In this document: positions 53,880 through 64,000 of the stretch, piece by piece
Layout of the letters: the number at the start of each line of letters is the position of its first letter
How positions within the stretch are numbered: position 1 is the stretch's first letter
Assembly (NCBI GenBank): GCA_964016885.1
Contig: OZ024741.1
Span: 40,858,001-40,922,000 of the forward strand
DNA length: 64,000 bases
Reading direction: 5' to 3'
From: Eledone cirrhosa
Lineage: Eukaryota
Notes under the pieces: generated by a model
Told to the model about the DNA's origin: nothing
The model's input: only the letters and a program-made list of their open reading frames with translations
The model's database searches: none
Position numbers and translations under genes: made by a program

Positions 53880-55019
53880 CTAGAAAAACACAAAAGGTAA
53901 TTATCATATTAGATACCAAAATCTCCATTTATTAAGATAAGTTAAAAACAAGAAAAAAAAAACCCACCAGAGAACAAGACACAATACATTGAACCCACGT
54001 CCTTATGAGTATGAGAATAATACTCTAACCTCTAGATCAAACCCTGTTACATACACACATATATATATATCATCATCATGGTCGTTTAACATCCATTTTC
54101 CATGCAAGCATGGGTTAGACAGGTTGTCCCATTTGAGGCAAGTTGGGTCAGGTGACCATGTCTTACTCATAAAGAACTGTTTCTGGCTTGGTTTCTACAG
54201 CTGGATGCCCTTCCTAACATCAAGCACATAAAGGAAAATCAAAATAGGGAAACAATGGATTCACAGTTTCTAGTAGTCCTCTTCAAACATGGGGGGAAAA
54301 TGAGTAGATCAAACAGTAGCAACTGTGGGGTTAACTCCCAGCTACTGCTGGTACCCACTTTTGATCTGTGTGAGTGAACTGGAGTGAATAATATGAAATG
54401 AAGTAGATACAACACACTACCTGGTCTGGGAATCAAACCAACAATCTTACAATCAGGAATCCAACACTCTAACCATTAGATCACATGCTTTCACTGCTGC
54501 TATCAACATTTCTGTTTATCATCAATACTTCTGCTATCAGGATTTTTTTTTCTTTCCCCACCTCAATGTAATTCATTTATTTTTTGTTCTATCATAACTA
54601 CTGACATTATTTTTGAAGTCAGAATTTACCAAAGTGTTGTAGCATTGTCAGTGGCCAGATGGTGCAAGATAAAGAAACATTTGGCTTTACATTTTAACAC
54701 ATCTGATAAATTCTATTCAGTGTTTGAGAGAAAGTTGTAATGTGTATATAACAGAGTATATATATAATGTGTTGTTGGTGTAGAACTATGATAGTCAACA
54801 CCTATATCAACTTTGGAGACTTCTTCAAAGATATTTTGTTTTTAATAGTTTAACAACAAATAACTTTAACAACGACAACAAAAACATCAAAGAAGTCACC
54901 AGAAACTTATTTTATATTCTCTTCTTTTTCACAGTAACAAATACATGCATACATGATATATATGTGAATATATATATATAAATATATATACACACACATA
55001 TATATACATACACACACAT

Positions 55020-55056
<37 letters not shown>

Positions 55057-55118
55057 GAGAGAGAGATACATAGATACACACACACATATATATATATACA
55101 TATATATATGCATATATA

Positions 55119-55479
55119 CAGTGTAACCTTAACATTAACGGTCCCGGTTATTCGCAGAATTGTCTTTAGAACCTAACTAATAGTTGTTCTTGGAACCCAC
55201 CGCATATTCACAACATCGTAAATATCTTCTGCAATTTTTAAAAGGTTTATTTTGTGGCAATATATATATTTTTAAAGCTAAATTATTTATTGCAATATAC
55301 TGTATTAACCAGCCTATTGGACGCCCCTTCGCATAAGATGCTTCCTCTTTTTTTATTATATTTTACGCTATATTTTGACATTTACGGGCTTTTTTATGGA
55401 CCATGTCCAATATTCGCGATTTTTCACTCTTCACAGTTGGTCTAGGAATGTAACCCCTGTGAAAACTGGGGGACAGCTG
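55119..55479. mobile_element. Tigger/pogo-like MITE (degenerate)
   Basis: TA-cagtgtaacc...tattcgc ... tattcgcg...aacccctgtgaaaactgggggacagctg-TA. Confidence 0.55.
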
Positions 55480-55514
55480 TATGCATATATATATATATAT
55501 ATATATATATACAA

Positions 55515-55735
55515 ATGAATATATGAGAGGGATGAACACCGATACAAGTATACATGTGTTCGAATTGCAAATGACCAAGTTCGCTAGGTTGAAAAATACT
55601 AATTTAAAATAATATGGTTTGCCTGTCTCGATTTAAAGTAATAAATCAATAAAAATAACAAACCTATATTTGGCAATGGCTGTGATGCTTTAATTGTAAA
55701 AGACTATTTTGAGTTTATAACTCAATATATGATAT
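55515..55735 (+). mobile_element. TA-inserted element homologous to 26338-26560
   Basis: Shared catg.gttcgaa...gaccaagttc.ctagg.tgaaaaa...atatggtttgcc...atttaaagtaataaatcaa body, and tail agactattttgagttt.taactcaatat. Confidence 0.75.
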
Positions 55736-56249
55736 ATATATATACAGTTGTATATATATATATATATATGTGTGTGTGCATATACATACATGTCAATATT
55801 GATATATATATATATATAAAGAAGTATATATGCATATAAATATACAGATATACACATATTCACATATACATTATGGTTGTGTGAAACAACTGTCATCTCT
55901 TGCAATCGAGTATGACCTGGTAGTATGCACTATTCACTTGCTAAGTGTTTAATGTGTCCAGGACATGACAACCTCCCTAGAACTGGTGATCTACACAACA
56001 AAACACCCAGTACACACTGAAATGTTGTTGGTGTTAGGAAAAGCATCCAGCTGTAGAAAGCTTGCTAAATAAAGGGTTGGGAGGAGCCTCCAACAGTGTC
56101 GGAGACATGATAACCTCCTTGGTGTTAGTGCCACAATAACATACACTTGGTAGAATGTAGAATCATATGTAAGCAGTGGCCCCACTTGTGTACAGACTCG
56201 ATCAGTGAAAACCCATCAACCCTAGCTAGCAGGGAAAGTGGATGTTAAA

Positions 56250-56441
56250 TAATTGTTTCTACTTTTGGCACAAGGCCAGCAATTATTCCAGTGTATTACT
56301 GGTACTTTATTTTATTGACCCAATAAGGATGAAAGGCAAAGTTAACTCAGGCGGGATTTGAACTCAGACCATAAAGGGCCGAAACTCTTTGCTGCAAAGC
56401 ATAGCATCAGACCATCTACCGATACTGATAATCCACTGCCC
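56250..56441 (-). mobile_element. tRNA-derived SINE
   Basis: Family match. Confidence 0.85.
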
Positions 56442-56524
56442 TTCGATGTTAAATCCACTGCCGTGGATGTTAAATAATGATGATGATATACATCTATGTA
56501 TATATACACACACACACACATATA

Positions 56525-56719
56525 TAGAAATGACTTCTACAGGACTAAAACTGTTTCATTCATTTAACAATACCAGGACTTCCCTGATGATTTGAAATGA
56601 ATGAAACTGTTCTACTGTAGTTGTATACATCTCTATATGAAATATATTCGTACCTTCTCTACCAATGTATTGAGTAACTTATTTAATTTTTTTATTCTTT
56701 GGAAAACCATTCTTAATTA

Positions 56720-56720
<1 letters not shown>
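56525..56720. mobile_element. Decayed fold-back hammerhead element (family of 4379-4593)
   Basis: tagaaatgacttctacaggactaaaactgtttcattca ... ctgatga...tgaatgaaactgttctactgtag; tail atgtattgagta. Confidence 0.7.
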
Positions 56721-56776
<56 letters not shown>

Positions 56777-57664
56777 CTTTCTGTGTGCGTGTGTGTGTGT
56801 GTGTGCACACATGTATATATGTATGTATGTATATACACTCATACACATAAATATCATTATATATATATTATATGAACACATTTTAAACCATATTAAAGAA
56901 CATTGTAATGATTTCAATGAAGTGTTGAACATAGTTTCAGTATACAGCTATTAATAATTATATTTAATGCTTCCCACCTAAAAAATCCAATTTTTCAATT
57001 CACTGCACAAACTGAATTATTGAAAAAATATATATAAGTTGTAATTATTATTTTCTCATGTCTTTGCTTTTATTTTTACTTCACAATTTCCCAAGATTTT
57101 CAGTTGTACACAAAATATGAAAATTGAAGAAAAGAAAAGAAAAATGTTTTGATCTAATCTTGAACTAATGAGTACTGAAGCATTCTTAACAGATTCTGAG
57201 AGATGGCAATCCTTATAATTATAGATGAATTAAATTTTAGATAATATTTCCAGAATAGTAATAAAAATGTTAATAAATACATAGATATAAACATTTTTGA
57301 AGATTATTTTCTTCTCCTTTTAGTAGTTCTCTCTATGGTAGAAGTGGATTTAGATGAGCATAGGAATATAGCATGCAGTAAGGTTATTAAGAAATAGCAG
57401 AAGACTAATCAGAACTATTGAATTCCCAAAAGAATAAAGAAGCTATCAAACTAGGATATAGATGAATGAAGAAGATGACAAATAGTGGGATACAGAAACT
57501 AATGGCGACATTGGTAATAGATATTTAATTCTTTCATATACTATATATATACTTTTGTCACTGAAACTGAAGGGAAAGACATATACTGCTTATGTGAGAA
57601 GTGGTATGATTTATAAGAGCAAGACATGGGTAATGAGCATGGGGCAACAGAGAAGGCTGGTGTG

Positions 57665-57719
<55 letters not shown>

Positions 57720-57993
57720 AAACAATGAACTGCAGCGAATGATGAGAATATTGTGAAGAGAAATGGAGTGAGTTGGCTGGCTGGGTCATGTGTTGAGGAA
57801 GGATGAAATTGATTTGGTGAGAGGAGTGAAAGAAATGAATGTGGAAGTTTATATATATATGTTAAAAAACTTTACAACTTAACACTTGTCTGACGTTAAA
57901 GGGTTATCATGCAATCACTTTGATGTCTTTGAAATACGTATAACAGGATTATATAATAAATAGAGGATGTAAACTTAAAACTGTCTCTTTTCT

Positions 57994-58063
<70 letters not shown>

Positions 58064-59894
58064 TACACAAACACAGAGAACTAATACATACTCTAAATAA
58101 ACTCTGCTGTATGCATACTATGTACTTTGTTCAGCAAACAATTATAAGTTACACACACGCACATAATATATATCTATATGTGTGTGTGTCTGTGTGAATG
58201 TTTATAAACAAAAGAAAAAGTACTCAATATATGTATATACACACATACAGACAAGCATACACATATAACACACAATTTTTACATTCAGAAAAAATATGTG
58301 GCGAAACATGAATATTTGTATCAAAATATATTTTCATTTTAAAATAACTAGCTTTTTTTTCCTTCAAATTTTAAAAGAATTTTAGAAAATTCCATCCTGG
58401 AATTGATTTAAATTTATATAAACTTCAAAAGCAGCTATCTGAAGTTTTCAGAATTCTGTTTGGTTTTGGAAAAAATATTTCTGAAAATTCAGTCATGGGA
58501 AAACAAATGGATTTGCACTCACTTTTGTTAGCTTTAATCTGAAAACATATTTCTCTTGTACACTTTAAACGGATAACATTTTAGAAAGCATATTTAATCC
58601 TCTTGCAGGGAGGAAAAAATTAATAATGAACAGGAGGCATATGATGTAAAAATTGCTAAATTTATATAAGACTGTAAAATTTAATAAAATAACAACTGAA
58701 TATTCACTTTATAAAAGTGCATTAAAATATACATGAAATTTTAAATCTATCTAAATTCCATTTATTATCAAAGAGTGTTTGGAAATATAAAAATTTGAAA
58801 ATTCAATATAAAAGAAAGACGAAAATATATTGATACACAACTTAATCTATTTTTATGTAATATTGAATGAAACCTCTGCATGTAACCCATTTAGAATAGG
58901 GACACTGTTATCCCTGCATCTTGTAAGAGGTGACAAAATAAGTTCGTGCTAGGAAGGACATCAAGCTGCAAAAAATTGCCTAATAAGGACTTTATAAAAC
59001 TTATTATGGGGCATGACAAAGCTTACCCTGCTTTAGAAGGGAAAATGATTGTAAAATGTTTGTTGTGTTGTTAATGTATGTGTCTGTGTGTGTGTGTCTA
59101 TATGTGTATGGCTGTGTTTATATCTGTGTGTTTTGAATTAGATAACAAGTTGAAGTACATTGAATAAAGTTTAAAGCTGTACTGATTCCTAACATTCTGC
59201 TTCCTTTGACAAAGTACTCTTTCTACAATTTATCCTTGCTTAAATTTAATTACCATATACTCTGCCAGCATGGTAAAGTGGACATAAAGTGGACTACCTG
59301 CATCAGTTATTAACTGTCGAGACACTGCATCATTTCAAACCTCCATGCTTCCTGAGATTCGCCAACACTACATCTAATATTCCCCCTCCATACATACGCA
59401 TACATGTATATCATGAATCATACACTATTCACTTCCCTGACATTTGTATATTATTCTATGTACTATACATGCACCTTTGATGAGTTGTAGTGCACCTGAG
59501 CACTGTACACAATAATTTCATTATTATTATTATTATTTTCATAAAAATGCAATGGTAAACCATATCTCTGTATGTCATAAAAGGTAAATAAAAGAGTTGG
59601 TACCAGGAAGGGCATTCAGCTGTAAAGCATTGCCTTATATTATATTGCTAAGATAGACACCAGGTCGTAGCATTCTGTCAAATATGGACACCAAAAGCTC
59701 AAGAAGGTGATCATCAACATTTTACATTTGCTTTTTATACTTGCATGGATTTGATGGATTATCAAAGCTTGAGACTAGATGGGTAAGAGAAATCAGCTAT
59801 GTTCAGATTTTGAGAAGGATGGGATCTGTCAGATTTATATTGCCAAGACACTGTATGTCATGATAGCTTTCTTATAATTCCATCAGGAGTTTAA

Positions 59895-60115
59895 CCCTTT
59901 AGCATTTAAACTGGCCATATCCGGCCAGAATTCTCTCACCTCTTTCTGTTCAAACCAGCTGTAACTAGCCACTCATACTAATATTAAGGTATTGTTCTCA
60001 AAATAAATAATATCAAAATCTCATAGATTTGATATTATGTGAGATAATTATGTAAGATAAAGCCTTTACCATGAAAATACAATAGAAAATATAAAGTAAT
60101 GTAAATGCTAAAGGG
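59895..60115. mobile_element. piggyBac-type (TTAA) MITE, best-preserved copy
   Basis: TTAA-CCCTTTAGCATTTA ... TAAATGCTAAAGGG-TTAA, perfect 14-bp TIR. Confidence 0.9.
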
Positions 60116-60481
60116 TTAAGGCCCATGGATGGAGGATAAGTATATATTCATATGTATATACATAAGATTAGTGAAGGCTTAATGGTTAGCATGTTTGTCT
60201 CACATTTGTAAGGTCATGGAATCAATTCCCAGCAGTATATTGTGTACTTCAGTAAGACACTTTATCTCATGTTGCTCATGTCCACTCCAAAGATATGTTC
60301 TACTTATAATTCAAAAGGCTGGCCTTTACATACATTGTGTCATACTGAATCTTACTGAGAATTGCATTAAGAGTACACATGTCTGTGAAATGCTCAAGCA
60401 CTACTCAAGTAGTCTGTTCCATTGTTAGAACAACTGGAACACTCATTGTCAGACCTAATAGAAGTATAACATTAATTCATT

Positions 60482-60560
<79 letters not shown>

Positions 60561-61062
60561 CATATAGATACATATATATACATACATACATACATATACA
60601 TATATACATACATATATATACATACATACATTTATATATGTATATATACATATCTATCTATCTACCAATTTATATATATATATAAATATATGTATATACA
60701 CACACATATATGTAGATAGATAAATTCATGTCTATTGCATATGTGCATAGGCCACATGAATGTGTGTATGTGTATCTATATATGAGTTTGTGCAAGTGTA
60801 TCTACGTGTGTATACACATGATGAGGGTTTGTGTGTGTGTGTATATATATATATATATGTATATATATAAAGATATATATCAATTAATCAATGAACTGAA
60901 GAGAGATCAAACCTTCACTGATAATAAGTACGCATTGAAGAATCTGCTTATCTCAATAGTTGTTTATATAATAAAGTTATTAATGTGGTAAAAGTATAGG
61001 TGACTGTAAATACACATACACAGGCATACATATACACATGTGCATATGTTTATACATACATA

Positions 61063-61094
<32 letters not shown>

Positions 61095-61149
61095 CATACA
61101 TATATATATGTATATATATATATATATATTTCACATATATATATATATA

Positions 61150-62130
61150 TTTCACACCCTTATAAATGGGCTCAACGCGAATATTAACTTCACGATGGAA
61201 TACAGCCATCAACAACTCCCCTTCCTCGACATCCTCATTAAGATCCATAACAAAAAAATAGAAACAGACATATACTACAAGCCCACAGACTCCAAGCAAT
61301 ATCTTCCTTTCAACTCTTGCCACCCTAGACACGTTAAAATTAATATTCCCTACAACTTAGCCAAGATAATCTGTACTATAGTCTCCAATAAAAACATCTG
61401 CTACTTACGGCTACAAGAACTAAAGGACACACTCATAGGCAGGGACTACCCTGCATCACTAATTGACAATGGAATCCAACGTGCACTAAAACTCAGTACC
61501 CAGGACCTTAGACACCCCAAAGTAAATTAACCGAAACTAAAAGCTCTTCCATACATCTCCACACACAACCCCCTCAACAATGAGGCCTTTGACACCATCC
61601 TCCAGAACATCCCTGTGTTGAAAAAGGACCATATCATAAAGAGCAAAAGACAATCTAAGTCAATGAAAAACATCCTAACACATGCCAAAGTACTGCCAAC
61701 CACAACAACGAAACCCACAGTAAAAAAATTCGATAGACCCAACTGTGGCATATGCATCAACCTAATAGAGGTTTCGGAATTCTATTTCAAAGAAGGACAA
61801 CGTTTTATAGTAAAACACAATTTCACATGCGCATCAGAAAATCTAATATATGTATTAACTTGCTCAGGTTGTCGAGAACAATACATAGGCCAGACCAAAA
61901 ACAGCCTCCGCCAACGCATGACTGTCCATAGATCCCAAATTAAAATACGGGAATACAGGAAAATACCACTGAGTGAACACATTGATACCTGTGCCGCCCA
62001 AAATCATCCCAACTTCAGAATCTTTCCCCTCTACAAAATTTAAAGATAATGCCACCCACACCCAACGCATCAGCAAGGAATCTCACTTTATTAACAAATA
62101 CGGACCCCGTCTAAACACTTCTCCCTAAGA
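61150..62130 (+). mobile_element. 5'-truncated Penelope-like element, Neptune-type (RT thumb + GIY-YIG endonuclease), in (TA)n
   Basis: INFTME...LPFLD...YYKPTDSKQYL..SCHPRHVK.NIPY; then C..C linker and FTCASENLIYVLTCSGC..YIGQTKNSLRQRM..HR. Stop/frameshift near 61530; CA-rich putative 3' UTR runs to ~63380. Confidence 0.92.
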
Positions 62131-62786
62131 CGAACCCACAACATATACACGTCAACATACATACCTACATCAGCATACATCTCTATCCACATATAAACAC
62201 AATGACATACGTAAACACACATGTTCTATGGTGCAACACAAATATACACAAATTTGCATACCTTTTGATGTCTATAGATATAAACGTGCCGACACACGCA
62301 CATACATAAACGCACACATGCATTGCACACTCATGGGCACATACATATTTGTACACAAGTATTCCAATACGGAAAGGCCTAATGGATTCCCCTTGCAGTA
62401 CGTACAATCTGGACACTCACACACACCTTGGTATTATGCCAATTCTATATATCATTTCACACCTTTTATTATTAAGGTTTTTGATGTTCTATTGAGAGAA
62501 TTGTTTTTACTGAAAATATCGAATAATGTACACCATTTATACCAGTATCACAAAAATACTGGTCCACCCCCACACACACACACATATATAGACACACACA
62601 GACACATATATACACATACACATAAACACGCGTACATTAACATACAAAGAGACATATACACAGACACCCACACACACTTCTCCGTATAAGGCAAGAGCTG
62701 AAAAATATCTTTTAACATGTTAAAATATCCCCCACACACGTACAGACACATTCCTACTGACCATCTCTCTACCACGAATTACTCTG

Positions 62787-62837
<51 letters not shown>

Positions 62838-63405
62838 TCTTAATAGGCATTTGAACTGTCAACAGGCTGCGGTTCGCACACACATCCCTGCTGACCATTA
62901 TCACAACGAACCTCTTTACTACTACTACACACACACACACACACACACACACATATTTGTTTTGAAAGACTTATTTTTCAGTGACTTCTCAATCAGCCGA
63001 CACAAACCTACATTTGGCGCAAAATCAATTTTTTACATTCACATGACCTCTACCGACCAATCAAAATTGTTTTGACCACAAGAATTTTTGCAACACGAAT
63101 TGGCGCGAAACTTATTTTAATACATAAAACAGGTAGAATTTCCAAAACTAATCAGATCAGAGCAAACATCACAGGCGCTCTATCTCAAAATTATTTTGAA
63201 AAGCATTAGAAATGCGCAACCGGTAAAACTTAAAACCAAAATTGAATACTAACCAATACTATTACTAATTTTTACTTATTCCTAATTAAACTATTTTTCA
63301 CTGGGAACAATTTGTCAGCATTGTCTTTTCCGTTTACCAATATATCATAACTCGTGTGTTACACCTCTATTCTTTTAAATATATATATATATATATATAT
63401 ACATA

Positions 63406-63477
<72 letters not shown>

Positions 63478-63479
63478 TA

Positions 63480-63579
63480 CAGGATGTCCCCCAAAATGTA
63501 TACATACTTGGATTACCTGTACAGGCAATAATTATTAGAATGCTGCTGAAGTGTGTATACGTTTTTGGGGTACACCCTG
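63480..63579. mobile_element. 100-bp Tc1/mariner-type MITE
   Basis: TA-caggatgtcccccaaaatgtatac ... gtatacgtttttggggtacaccctg-TA. Confidence 0.8.
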
Positions 63580-64000
63580 TATATATATGTGTGTCTGCGT
63601 GCATGTGTGTATACATATACTCAACCTTTATTCTCTCCAATGCCGCCGTGAGTGCTACATTATCTGCATGATCATCATCATTGCTCATTTGGTTGTGCTC
63701 CAGGTTTAAGGTGGCTCTAGATTGCATATATGTGAGTGTGTGTGTGCATGCAGCAACATATATATGTCTTCATCATCGTTTAACATGTGTTTTCCTTGCT
63801 AGCAAAGTTTGGCCAGAGTATGCCAATACTTAACTGGAACTACAGATGTTTCAGAGATGCTTGGGCGCTACATATCACATTTCTACACTCAACTGAGTGC
63901 ACCGAGCGCATTTTATCGTGTCACCGTAACTTAGAAGACTGTCATGTCTTTGATACAGTTAAAAAGTCCTCCTGATGCTTTGATTGGCAAGTCTTCTATT

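Noticed and set aside
58523-58538. Possible 16-nt minus-strand microexon (ttttcag|ATTAAAGCTAACAAAA|gtgagt)
   Set aside because: Weak polypyrimidine tract and no similarity to the expected upstream GCPII sequence; unsupported without RNA-seq.
63359-63727. ORF with acidic/helical N-terminus as a possible upstream exon
   Set aside because: No GCPII similarity; overlaps an (ATC)n tail, a MITE and a TA tract.

Overview
AT-rich, microsatellite-dense eukaryotic DNA, most likely from an octopus or related cephalopod; the taxon is inferred from the SINE/RTE repertoire and (TA)n density, not proven. The only host gene is on the minus strand: five GT-AG exons (53753-53879, 37195-37305, 9040-9223, 4935-5025, 881-976) splice in frame into the PA/apical domain region of an M28B glutamate carboxypeptidase II / NAALADase / transferrin-receptor-like protein. 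Both ends of the gene appear to lie outside the window. The introns (about 16, 28, 4 and 4 kb) are filled with RTE LINEs, tRNA-derived SINEs, a DD37D (maT) transposon derivative, TA- and TTAA-type MITEs, remnants of two Penelope-like element (PLE) clades, and mini/microsatellites. The most striking pattern is more than a dozen mostly unrelated short elements inserted into (TA)n tracts. They tend to share one architecture: an inverted fold-back pair of arms (40-710 bp), often a type-I hammerhead ribozyme that can be folded by eye, and a one-sided tail carrying a YGAGYRC-like motif about 35-75 nt before the (TA)n. Nearly all other ORF-track entries are microsatellite or antisense artefacts. All folds and alignments were done by eye, and repeat boundaries are approximate.
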